The notes under the pieces were generated by a model. That model saw only the letters and a program-made list of their open reading frames with translations. It was not told the origin of the DNA and searched no databases. Shown in pieces: positions 49,569 through 64,000 of a stretch of 64,000 nt of DNA; positions within the stretch are counted from its first letter, which is position 1, and every line of letters begins with the position of its first letter. Location: positions 4,602,213 through 4,666,212 of the forward strand of contig CM082589.2 in the NCBI GenBank assembly GCA_040954595.2, in the 5' to 3' direction. Made by a program: the position numbers and the translations under genes. Origin of the DNA: Balanoglossus misakiensis (lineage: Eukaryota; Animalia; Hemichordata).

Positions 49569-51247
49569 ATTATGACAAAATGCACAGTAGCAATATGACT
49601 TTACGCGCAAAGTGTTGGACGCCACCAACAACTTTTTGAACTTTTTTTTGGCTGCCGCACGCGAGCGAAAATAGCTGCGCAAAGTCATTCGAAAAACATT
49701 TTTGTCATAGATCTGTTTGCATGACCGTAATAAGCATTCTTCCATATGCATATTTATTATGTCCTATAATTTGTTTCCTTCCTGAAGTAATTTATTACTT
49801 TTGGGGGCATCTGGTTGGCAAAAGTTGTTGAAGATGTATAAAAAGTCGGACAAATGGTGTCAGATAAGTTATAAATTATCACAAAAAATATCGCAAGTGT
49901 TCTCGGACAGCATGGCCCTCTGCTATGTACTAGGGGCATACCTTGGGCTAATTTGTGCTGATACTTATATTTGTAATAACCTCATTTCAGAAATGAATTA
50001 AAGACAACAGATGCTTTTTAGGCTGTGAACATCATTTATTGGTCAAACACTCTCATATTTAAACAACGCCAGCAAGAATATTGCTGGGATCAGAAGTATG
50101 GAAATGCAGAAAAAAGTAACAAGATATATATGCAAATAAATCATTTCGGGAGAAAGAACCTTTGGTAAAAAATAGAAATACAAAATTGTCAACTGGAATG
50201 AGATGCACGGGTGATGGCTGGAAATCCCTTTGCATAAATTCGTACCCTTCACCGTTTCGGTCAATCTCATATTCCTGATCTAGCCAGCGTCTCTCTGCTA
50301 TTCGACAAAAGTATCAAAATCGCTGGTGGGACAATGAGACAGTGTGGAAGGCTATGGATTTTGTTGATCTTCCACTTTTTTTCGATCTACGACGCCTAGT
50401 TTGACCTATCTCTTAATAAAGTCTAGCTATAAAATGCTCCGCCATCCCCATTTCAGTAAAATGAAACAGACCACCCATAGAAAATGATGGATAAAGAGTC
50501 TATACCACTACAGTAGTAACAAGGGTATAAGGAGCCTACAAATTGATACATGCTGATAAACAAACTTGATGAACTAAACTCTGAAATAAATAAATATAAT
50601 AAAGCTCTAGATATACAACTGTATGTAAGTGATTGAAAATGAGGTGATTTTTTTTAACAACTATGAAACACTAAATACAGGCATTTTTTAATATTTCAAT
50701 GAACAACTTGTCTACTATGGGCCAGCATTCTGCATCAATCAATCAAAGTATAACTGTCAGACATTTACAAAACTGGCAACGTTGAGAAAAACACTAACGA
50801 TGGACAGAACGCTACACCAGAGAGAAAACAATGAATGAAATATGTGAACGAAAACGTTCAGTTGCATCTCAAACAGTACTATTTTACAGTAAAATGACTC
50901 CTAAATAACTATATGTTTTATACACTAGTACAATGTAATTATTCAACATTAATTTTCTTCTTCTTTTTTTTTTTGGTAATTTCTATGTATGAGAACATCT
51001 ATGACAATGAAATGGTAAATCTCCTATTTAAGCCTTGGATGAGCAATGTGGTTGCAGTGCGGTTATGTTGTGGATTTGAACGAGTGAACTGGGCTATCGG
51101 TGTGAAATAAATGCGTGTGTGTGTTTGTGTTTGTGTGTGACTATGAAACAGGTTGTTAAACGTTCATTTGCTGCTAGCCCATGTAGATATATCAATTTTG
51201 AATCCTCGGTCGACAGATTGTATCTCACACTCTCGCTTCCAAATTTC

Positions 51248-54200
51248 TCAGTTGCCGTTCTCGGCATTCTCTTGGCTCATGGACCTCTTGTGGTTGCGCA
51301 CTTGCTGGCCACGGGTCTCCTGCAGAAAAAAAAAAAATATTATTCAGGATTTTAATTCACTATTCATAACCATTAAAATGTATGCGCACTTAGTTACGAT
51401 TTATGAAGACTTCCCAAACCTCATATTTCACCATTAGACGACAAATATATTAATTACACTGTAAAATATGACAGAACTAGGCAAGCTAAAATATAAATAT
51501 TTAGGTCAATTCATATAATATATGAATTATTTAACCATGAATTCAGACACAAATGTGAGTAGAACAGGGAAAAATATTTTGGGGCTAGACCTTGATTCAT
51601 AAACATTGACTAAATAAGGTTTTCTTTTTTTAATATGCTGTATGGGTTTGCTTATGGCTTCACGTCTCCTGAGCTACACACTTGATTTATATTCAGTGGT
51701 TATCTTGGGAGTGTCTTCTCTTTCTGAGAAAATGATACAGATAAGTGTGCATCTGCCGGGGGAGTACATTTTAGCCTTCACCTGTTTGGATTGAAATACC
51801 TTAACTGGGTTACGAAGGCCATTAGGTTGGCCTTGATGCGTTTTTTTTTTTACCTTTAGGAAGACAGATGCCACGTTAAATTCTGCAAGACGTGAAGATT
51901 TGCAGTCTGTTGCGGCAACGCCCAAGGTTTCTCCGCGTAATTTCAGCATCACGCGAGCGTGACGTGTGCGGAGAAGGCATCAAAACCTTGACCTTTACAG
52001 GGGGCAATCTATTCATCACTGTCCAGCCCAGCCAATCAAACGACAGCCTGCGTGTTACATTGCGCTAGCGTGGCGTGAATGTCACTTATGTTTTCATGTC
52101 ATGTCCTGTCTAAGCCTTGTGGATCAATATCGAGCAGACGCACATAAGCGTGCTGCGCGCGACCTGAGACTGATCTAATGAACATAGGGTGTGGTTACAG
52201 ATACTAGTCTACAATGTTGGCATGGTGATAGAAAGTCTTCCCTTGTGAAACTCGGGTATTAAAATTTCACCAAACTGTTGAATACGAAGATTTATTGAAA
52301 CACTGCTTATTAAAACCTGTCTAATGGCGAATATTTCGCTATAAAGAGCAGTTGCCAAGGAATATATACAAGCTTCATTTCCATACTTGTAATATTCATG
52401 TAGAGATGAAAATGATGGAATATGTTCTCATTCGTCATAAGGTCCCTAATGGTAATACCGGTACGTAAATTTTTCTTCAGCAGATTAGATATTGATTTGA
52501 ATATTTACATTTTTCCATCAGAGAATCCTCCAACAAACCACGCATAAATTTCTAATTTGCATCAAATTATCATCTACTTACTCTTTCCTTTAATCGCTGC
52601 TGAAGAGATTGAAAATGCGCCATTCGGTTCGCTTCGAAAATGTGCATTTTCTCGTCCAGTTTGTTTTTGGTCAACTCCTGGAAGTTGTTGTTTTCTTGCA
52701 TGACTTTGGAGAGCTTTTCTTGCGCCAATGCTCTCTCCTCAGCCAGCCTGGTTCTCAGGGAAGCTTCAAGAGACTGTAAGGGGGGAGGGGGGGGGGGGGG
52801 AGAAAAAAAGAACAACATGATTATAACTCTTGGTCATGAAAAGAATCACACGCTTACGAGTAAATTGCCCAGCCATCAAAATCAATGTATTGAATTTAAT
52901 TACCCCCAGGGTAAACTTAAAGTGACAATTTGACCCTGCAGTGTACTACATTTATGCTATAAAAAATCTGATTAAGTTGAGACAGACAAATTTTTCATGC
53001 CTCAAGTGACAAGAACCGTCATTTGGTCTGGTAGATATCTCCTCTATTAATTTCACTCGAGCTAAATTTGTCGATTCAAGTTCTAGCTGATAAGCAACAG
53101 ATTTTGTAATTCTCCGGCAGACAATTTCAAATCCACAGTGATTGAAACCGTCCAGCAAATATTAATCACCTTTCTTCTCTCTTCAGCTGCCTCCAGTTTA
53201 CTGGCTATGTGTTCCATGGACAACTGCTTCTTTGGGGGTGACAGTGGTCGTTTGGTGGTATCCAACTTGGGTTCGGAGAGGATAACTTCGTAGGCCAAAC
53301 CACCACTGGTCTTCACTTCTTGTTCAGCTGGGGAATTCATCAAAAAGAAAGAGGGAAAAAATTACAATGATGCCTTCTATATATCCAATGACACCTTTGA
53401 GGTGCCCTGGGCCAGGAACACCATGAAAGATTCACTCACATGAACTGTAATACACATCTATAAACAAAGATGGATGTGTTCAGTCTATGTGGAACGTACA
53501 CATTCCCCATTCAATTGACTAATATTCTGACCTCTATCATGGGTTGTGCTTTTTCTGATAGATTCCGCATTACTTAATATTCAACCAGCCAAAATGTAAT
53601 GAAAATGTGAGACAAGAACAACGTATTATTCCACCTTCATTAAAGCCAATGCAGGTTCATCCACAATCAGAGTAATCAGTAATTGAGAAATTTAACAAGT
53701 TAATTAGATAATTAGGACATTCTCAGTAGTTGCAGGAATGATGGATCGCTATATGACAGACACTATAAACTCCCACACACACCGTCTCTGATGCATTCTC
53801 TCTCTGTATTACTCATACATTTGCAATTTCATTCAAAGAACAGGGTTTTTTAACTGCTAAGGGGCCATGCAATGGTTTCTGTTCAATGGTTCATTTCATG
53901 GATCCGATCTATTTCAGATTCTCTTTCTTCTAAATATAATTTCTTGTCTTCTCATCTGATAATAACTGTAACCCATCAATCATTGTACCAAAAACCTGAT
54001 CTACAAATGCACTGCTGGAAAAAATTGAGTATTAAGATGTAAGGCCCCAGTTATAATTCCCCTAACCCAACCACAGAATTTCAGTGGAGATGCGATAAAA
54101 AGATTTATTAGCCCCTTCCAAGTCTCTCTACCATTTACATTCATTATTATTATGAACAGATAACACGGGGACTTATTCTGTCAATACCTTAAGAAAATCA

Positions 54201-57200
54201 ATACAGTAAGCATCTGTAGACATCTAAAAAGAATGAATCACTCCCCTTCAGATGTGTCACACCACGACAAGCGTTACATTTGTATCTCTTACAATCATGG
54301 TGGGATTTGCATTCAATCAAGAAAAACGTGTTATCATGCATGGAAGGTACTAGTTTTGGAATCTCTACAATCGTGAGTAACTCCAGACATGCTATCATCA
54401 ACAGACAATCTAATTATAAGAGCTGACAGAGAGAAGTAAAACTACATGCTATTGATTATGAATTACATTACTCTTGGGAACTTATTTTCTACATCTGCTG
54501 TGAATTTTTATAGAGTTTAGCAACAGGCCTAGTAGCCAAGTACAGACTTAGCTGAATATTCTTAAAATATAAAATTCGAAACAAATGCACACTTGGAATA
54601 CAACAACCTGTTTTGAAAACACAAACATTTCATAGCAGTCACTACTTTAGAAATTCTGGAACATGTTTGCGCGAGCATGGCTGATATGTTTTCGAACAGT
54701 GAGCGATGAAGCCCTTGAACTTGCATTAACCTGTGCGCCTTTCACTTGAAATAACGATGTTTACTAAAAGTACTAATTCAACATTTTCATACTTATGACG
54801 AGAATAAGCTACAGAGCTTTTAGAAACTTTATTTTGTAACGGTATGACCTCCCTGGGTAAATGAGCATTTCACTTTTAAACAACCATCTTAAAACAAAGT
54901 GAAAGTGAACCACCTTTTGATCAGTATCAGTATGCACAAAAAGCCAGAGCGCATACCCACAGGTGTTTAGCAGGCAAACAGATCAAATATCCCATTGGGT
55001 AATAACTTCATTCTCAGTAAATAGTAAATGCTGGCTCGCACGCAAAGGTTGTGTCAAGGTGTATGGGGGGGGGGGAGTCATTTGCATGTATCCCACAGTT
55101 CAGTTTGGCAAGATGTTATTTATCCATCAGAATGTCTTATGCTAAATGGACTTTGAAATGGCCTTCGCTAATTACTCCGACTTGACACTGACCTCAACCA
55201 GACACGTTTCACCTTTCACTGTCTACTTTCATTTTGCATGACTATAAATCTCTCCCACTGAAATATCACCTGGAAATGGTTAAACCTGCAGCCATATAAG
55301 CATCATGACGTACACTTGTCATTTTCAATAACACAACCCATCTCCACATAGCTTCACAAATTAAGTGACAGGAGAGCTGACTCACACTACCTTTGCCAAG
55401 GTTCGACTAATCAAGCAGAGATGAGTTCAACTGAAGACCGCATACACATAGCAAACACGTCCAATCTCAGTAATATTCTCCATAATGAGGTTTATGAAAA
55501 TTGCAAATCCTTGTGACATATTAACCTCAATTTAAAAACTTGCATGTTCATTAGGAGTTACAGGTCACCTGATTGCATGTACTTATGAATCTCTATTGAT
55601 ATATCGTGTACGTGGACGAAATTATCCTTGTGAATCAGCAAAGGTCTTACCACAGTACACATTAGGTTAGTTTGCTATTTACTTCGTAGCAAGATAATGG
55701 CTTTGCGAATAACATATACAGGTAATCCGATTGAAATGAATCTCATTCCCTTGAATTATCCAGTGTGCATGTATAACTCATGTTGTAGCGCTATCCATCT
55801 TTAGTTGCTGACATCTTAAAAAAATCTGGATTAGTATTCTGAAAACAGCAGTGAATTAACTGTTAATTTATGATACTTCTTGTTGTAAACCATGTCCCAA
55901 GGACAAGAAGTGACGTTTGCTCTTTTGCTTCGATGCAAAAACTATAAACCTTTTTGCGTTAAATTGCATTTGGGTCAAGCTACATGTATACACATATAAA
56001 ACAGGTTACAAGATATTTCGATACATTTTCTCGTTTTATTTTCATCAAATTAATATGCTACATGCATACAGGTACAAAGATTTATAGACAGCTTAAAGCA
56101 CGTCTGATGGAGTTCTCATGAATATTTATTAGATGGCGAAAAAGGATGTCTACAGACTGCCTGTCTATCCTTTGAGATCTGCACAGTCAGCCTGATGAAT
56201 AAATACGGATCGATCTACTTGCCGTCATTAAACTTGGCATACTTTAGATTTCACAAAATGTGATCAAATGATTTTAGGGGAATATCTCAGAGAGGGTGTG
56301 AAGCCACCACACATTTCAAGGCTAGACTCATTTTCTCCCACTAGACACGTAAGTGCAATCTCTAGTTTTGTTATTTCGTCTGGCTGTAATAGCACCTTTA
56401 CTTTCGTGGGCATACACTTCTGTGATATGACAGCACTTATCATGAGCTGTATGCATGCATGACTCAGCTGGAGGCCCATATACTGAATAAAATGTTAAAA
56501 ACACAGTATATATCCCCCAAAAATGAGATTTGAAACTCACTTTTTAATGTACAGTTTACTGCTATCCTATCCATTATTTTTTTCTCTGTGAGAGCCGATT
56601 TCAAATAGTGTAGTAGAAATGCTGCATATGATTTGATTAGTGATTTCAACAACTTCCAAATCAATTACCCATGTTTATGGAGTTGATCTCTTCTCTAATT
56701 ACAATTGAATGCAATAACAAAATGGTAATTTGCCCAAACACAACGATTCACAGCACAAGGAAATGAGTAATCTATATCGCTTACAATTTATTCATAAATA
56801 TGACAATCTCTGTTGGGGGTTCAAGAAAGGTTGTCTCGTACTGACAATTGCTCTCGCTGTGGCCAATTTCCTGTAGGTCCTGTATGTTGTTACCGGTACT
56901 CCCAAGAACAGCCACGGTTTTAGTGTGATGACATTTTTTTAGCTTCTCCAATGCTCGTTCAAAGATGCCATCTTGGTTTTTAATCAGTGTAAGTGCACAC
57001 GCCCTTACCTTCGGTACACAAGAATTTGACCAAATGATGAGGATGGAATATTTTTTTTTTTTTTATCACAAGCGTTTATCCAAGTCTTTCCTCTCCTCAA
57101 GAAAACACAACTCCTTGAATTAACTACTCCCTGCTTTTCAAGAAGAAGAGAGACTGATTCAGTCTATTAGGGGAAACGATCACGGATTACTCATTCTGCA

Positions 57201-57275
57201 AGAAAATGGGAGATCGTGCCAAGGACTGAGTGTGTCATCGGGCGGCTATCATGGCATATACTTACTTGAAGGCAT
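51248..57275 (-). CDS. STMN: Stathmin-family tubulin-sequestering protein; complement(join(51248..51319,52582..52773,53170..53327,57266..57275)), about 143 aa; first coding exon uncertain
   Basis: EQEVKTSGGLAYEVIL..PLSPPKK..KLEAAEERRK|SLEA..QENNNFQELT..KLDEKM..EANRMAH..RLKER|ETRGQQVRNHK..NGN* matches the stathmin domain (KLEAAEERRKS, ENNNF, PLSPPKK). Intron positions match vertebrate stathmins. MPS A|gtaag supplies the required phase-1 start; alternatives exist further upstream. Confidence 0.9.
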
Positions 57276-60200
57276 ATTGATTTCTGTGTAGAAACAGCAA
57301 GCAAAAGGCCTGGTAAGACTGTTTAAGGCACTCGTCGAAAGCGGACACAGGAAACTGCGAAAGAAAACATAAAAAAACAAGTACAAAATGACTGAAAAGT
57401 GTCAGGTTAATTCATTATTCATGAGCAATTCAACAAGGCAATGGCTTTGGGTGGGGAGGGGAAAAAATTCTCTGAACGGTCGCGTTATGAGGCATGAATG
57501 TATCAGAACAGTATGAAGATGGAAAGATGATGAGAGATAAAAATGGTCTTCTTTGGTGGTTCATCGTGCTAACACTTCACCATCAGAATCGCTAGAATTT
57601 ACACTCATGAGAAGGGTTTCTCGGGGAAAACCATCAAATGATGTAAATGTCTCCGCAGAAGAGAAGACAGAAAAATCAAGAAAGATGGAGAGATGAAGAA
57701 ATACCTTCGCATTTTGAAGAGAGAGAGTGAGACTCCAATATGATAGATATCCTAAACAGGAGGAAAATATCCTAGAAACTACCAGGAACTAGGGAAGAAA
57801 AAGGACAGATGAGGAAAATACAGGAGCAGCGACTCCACACCCAGACAGCCACAGTAAAAAGGCAAGGCAAAAGAGCAGCTCTACGACGGGGAATCTATGT
57901 GATTGGCCTAGCGTATTAGCCTGCCTCGAATGACCCGCACACGGCCATTATAATATCCAATGATGTGGACGCATGCATTTGCAATCCTGATGAGAAGTTT
58001 TCTCTCCCCCCCGTACTCGTGTATTCAGCATGCAAGGTTCTGGTTGGCTGACACACGGCGCATGCATTATCGACGGTCGGGGGGAAAATAACGAGGCGAA
58101 GGAAATAAGGCTGTGCACATGTGAATGAAGCACACGGAAAAGGGTGAATATATTACCGGCAATGAAGATGAACACTGAGTCAGCAGACATGTGGGGCCTT
58201 GTGGACACAAATGTCTGCATTTCTCGGTCGCGGATAAAAACACCCCTTTCCACAGCAATTAACCATGTGATTTACAGCAGCGCCATATAAAAATCATTGC
58301 TCTATCTAAGCAGAGTCATATTTGACAGTAAAAAAGGCCGGATTATTTTTGTGCTGTAGAACCTAGCTGTGTCATTACACAGGTAATTAAAATCAAAATC
58401 CCTCAGTGTACCTCAGACATGCTGTTCTGAAATGCCGGCAATTAATTAATCTGATACAGGTATACAGATGCCACGGAAAATTTAAAATAAATACAGGATG
58501 CCAGACTATGTTATTGAGAACATTTCTGAAAGAGACAAATCAGAGAAAGATAGGGCAAAGGAATAAAATGATGCCACAAATGTTTAGTTTGAAAGTTTGC
58601 AAAGAGGACAACAAAAATTAAGAAATTCCTGCTATACCCAGCACAAACTGTAATTTAAATGGAAAATTAAATGTTCGTGAGGCAATTCTACAACTGTTAC
58701 AATACTATCCAACATGATAACATCTCCATAAAACTAAGATCACAGATTCACATTTTAACACCATGACCAGAAACTGTCATTTCCCCCATCCTTCTGATTT
58801 CCATTTTGGATAAATTTGCTTGCTCCATTAAATATCACCTAATTGTTTCTCTGTCAGCTTCATTTGCTGTTGCTTTTCCAAAATGATTCATCACTTGATC
58901 ACCTTTTGAATGTACACAGGTAAATTATTCATGGATGGGTCACAATACCCTAAGGACAGAGCAGCCAATAGGAAGTGGCTTGACAGAAATAAATTAAAAT
59001 AACCTGATAAATGAACTCGGCATTATGCGCTTTGCTTCCCAATGAAAGTCCTGATGCAGTCTTTTAGCTAATAACTTCCAGCCAAAGTGACGCTGTATGA
59101 TTTTATAGGATTTTTGGAGAGTTAACATTGCTTAACACTGTGACCTTGAGGCTTGCAGCAGAAGCATAATAGAGCAGGCAGCACAACAGGTTTAGAAGCC
59201 AGTTGGATTTCATGCATGTCTATGACACATTAGGCAAGAAATTAGAAATTAGATGAATGCAACAGGTATGACAGTGAGAAATCACACATATTTACCAAAA
59301 AGTTAACAGACCCAGTGGTCTTTACACTCCCATGATGCAATGTTTGGGAGGTGGCTGCTAGTAAATGCACTGGGTGTTCATTTCGAAAATGTATGTTTCA
59401 GTTTTGCCCAGCTGTACACAAGATGTATGTCTTCACATTTTGTCTACTTTTTTACTTTTCTCCATACAAACATGCTTACTTTGCCACATGAGTTTTTGAA
59501 AATTGTACCCTGATTTTGCTTGTTGTTTAAAATGAAGGTCAAATCCATAATGAATGCCAGCCTGATTACGTAACCATTCCTTGTCAAACCCTGGATGTCT
59601 TTCGGTTGCTTTGATGGACGTCATCTCCATCAATGCATAAAACTCGGAAGAAAAATCTCACGGTGACTACATGATCTTTCTCCAGTGTTGGTGGTAAACA
59701 AAAAATGACAAGTTTTGAAAATAACATTGGCGAAGTTGGCGATTTTGGATTTTAATAATTTCGAAATTTGTTCGCGAGATGCTTTACGTTACGATGTGTA
59801 CGTTGCACTATGGCTGTACGCGCACTCGCGTGCAAACTTTCTCAAATTTCTCGACGTTTTTGGATGGTATTTTCTAAGTAATCAATCACAACAAGTGTGA
59901 ATAGATGCAAGTTCACAGTGCAAGATGAAATTCTATAAATATGTAACTTTAAAGGCGAAATTTCTACATCTGTTTATGACACATCTGTAAAGACCTTACC
60001 TCCGTGATCAGAGACAGCGTGAATCTCGAGCCGGCGTGGATGTCTGATTTCATCTGAAAAAGTTACAAGTCATATGACCAGCATCGGTGAAGGTCATTGG
60101 TCCATGTCATGCATCGTTGGCCATGATTGGTTAATGTAATCACGAGACACCAACTTTGAAAACAGTTCCAAACGCGCAGTATCATTCTACTCCAACAGCT

Positions 60201-60711
60201 CGTGTAAACAGGAAACGGTTTTTATTCAACCTGAAAGTCAGGGTGAAATAAAAAAAATAAAGATAAGCAAGCTGAACAGCAGCGGTTGAAGTACTTTAGT
60301 CAGTCGAGACGGGTTGGACCATTATGGTTGGTCCGCGAAGTCATAGGGGTGTGACAGTGTATTAGCTCATGTTGCATGACATTTCACCTAACTTGCCCTA
60401 TAAATCATTGATTGGCTTTGCTGTTACACAAATAAGTGTACTTTATTTAGAATATGATAATGGCCATACAAATTACTACAAAGGATGATTCTCCTTGACT
60501 TGGTGAACTTCGGTTAAGGACAACACAACACAGCCGGCCACACCCCTTGCTGAGTTCTATTCGTCTGCAAATAACAACATCAACACTGCAGATCTGGGTC
60601 ACGGTCGATCCTGAAAAAAACTGGGCTGGTAAACAGCATTTTCCTTGTTTGGAGAGTGTAAGTGCTCATCTTGACTCTTTATTACACATGTTACAGGTGT
60701 ACGGACTTTAC

Positions 60712-61110
60712 CGTAAACTTGTCCGTTGAACTTTCACGCGCGCCTTGAATAGTTCCTCGTGCGGTCTTGCGCGCGTTGCGTGCAGTGCGCGTCGCAAACG
60801 CAGCAGGCATACTTCACTGTCAACTTCCGGTTGCAAATAGTACTCTGTTTTCTGTCCCGCTGTTCAATACTGATGAAACAGGGATATCTGTATGACAACG
60901 TTAGGTAGTAAAGTAACACATGAACCGGCCACAGTGTTAGCTGCATGAGCAGTTTTGCACCAAACCCTATGTCATCATGCACCAGTAACTAATGTAAACA
61001 AAGTATTGGGTCAAATAAGGTCAAATTAAAATTTCCCGCGGAAGCATGTAAACCCGGAAGTGCTCGTTCTGAGGCTCATCGCAACAAGGACATGTGCAGT
61101 TAGGTACTCT
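60712..61110. promoter_or_regulatory. Candidate bidirectional promoter between stathmin (-) and RTEL1 (+)
   Basis: CpG-rich segment; oppositely oriented ETS/GABP-type motifs ACTTCCGG (60823-60830) and CCGGAAGTG (61054-61062); E2F-type TTTCCCGC (61032-61039); minus-strand donor ACG|gtaaag at 60712. Confidence 0.55.
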
Positions 61111-61575
61111 AGGGCCACATCCATGCATCTATCGAGGAAACTCTTGAGCGAGTGTTAGTTTGGTAGGAGATCGGTACACATTGTGGTAGATATAGATATA
61201 GCGTTGGTATTTTAGTGATCACGAGATATGCAATCCATTGATTTATTATGTTGTACGCATGCATATGTACAGACAGCATTGTCTTGCATGATGAACAAGA
61301 CCATCTGTCTGATCACATTCACCAAAATCACACGACACAACCAGCAGTAGACTTTCCTACTGCCCCTCCCCCTTCTTGGGGACATACATCAGCCAGGGAA
61401 TCAGTGTAGCAAAAACTAGGGACTGTCTAAACCAGCTTGGTAGGGTACCAACATGACCAATACTGGCAATTTTCACAGGGAAACATGACTCTCACAATTG
61501 TACTTTTCCCCCTTTTTACTAATCAGCCAGGTGTTTGAATAATCTGAAAATAGAGAGTATTCACTACCAACTACT

Positions 61576-63224
<1,649 letters not shown>

Positions 63225-64000
63225 GTAAGTCTGTCGAATTAATGACTGAAATTTGCTCTTTTGCATAAACCCTGTGCATCCACTCCCATATTGACATGAT
63301 ATTAGTATGATGAAGGACATCACCAACACAGATCCCTCAGTGTTTGTTTTCGAAAACATTGAGCTATGATCTCATTCATAATTCATATCTGAAAATATGC
63401 CGAGTGTAACATATTGCAAACATATCTCAGTGACTATACAATTAGAGAACAGTATGTTGAAATTACGCTGCTGTTGGTATGAAAATATTAAAATTTTGTG
63501 TATAATAAGCTTGAGCTGAATTGTGTAATTGATATGCACACCATGAGAGCCAGTGTCTGTTGCCTGGCAACCGTGTCTCTCCATCTCCGGTCTAGACGCA
63601 ATGTGTGGACGAGAAAATGTCTCCTTGAGAGGGTGTTGTGCTCCTTGAGACGAAAATCGTGTCAATCGAATATTGCGACAGAATCCGCCATAGCAATTAT
63701 CACCCGGACAGTAGAAAAGGGATTAAATTGACATGATGTAAAAAGAACATTTCACAGAGAATCACCGAAGGCCGAGTACATCGCTGTGGGAAAATAGGAC
63801 ACCTGTGTGCTGATGCACACTGAATGTTAATCTTAATAAGAAGCTCGAGACATGTAATTACCATGTCTGGTGTCAAACTAAACCAAATATTTAATATTTC
63901 CAGTTGACTGGTCAGGGGGCATTTATACCTACTGACAGAGCACAGTTAAATTTTTCCAAAGCGAGTATTTTGAAATGCAAAGGTCTGCAGTAATAAAGCA

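Noticed and set aside
57705-57712. Minus-strand ATG CGA AG|gtat as stathmin start
   Set aside because: Phase 2, incompatible with the phase-1 acceptor at 53327; at most a UTR exon.

Overview
Eukaryotic (animal) genomic DNA with spliceosomal GT-AG introns and many microsatellites; most likely a marine invertebrate, possibly a non-vertebrate deuterostome (inference). The + strand carries eight calmodulin-like EF-hand genes. Six compact tandem paralogues (439-13214) share a design of micro first exon / N-lobe exon / C-lobe exon, with all introns in phase 1 and long, divergent, often polybasic linkers. Two further genes start with an MGCxxS(K/R) myristoylation/palmitoylation micro-exon and a long first intron: one has two C-lobe-type modules (20887-35761), the other is a 78-aa single C-lobe protein (41003-46778). 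A stathmin-family gene lies on the - strand (core exons 51248-53327, several candidate first exons), head-to-head with the first six coding exons of RTEL1 (61576 onward), the same arrangement as human STMN3-RTEL1. Repeats include a 2.55-kb CAGG/CAGA/CAAG/CATA satellite, two Helentron/HINE-like copies, two MITE-like elements and an inverted duplication linking gene 1 intron 1 with the gene 2 upstream region. All gene models were spliced and translated by hand, without transcript or database evidence.
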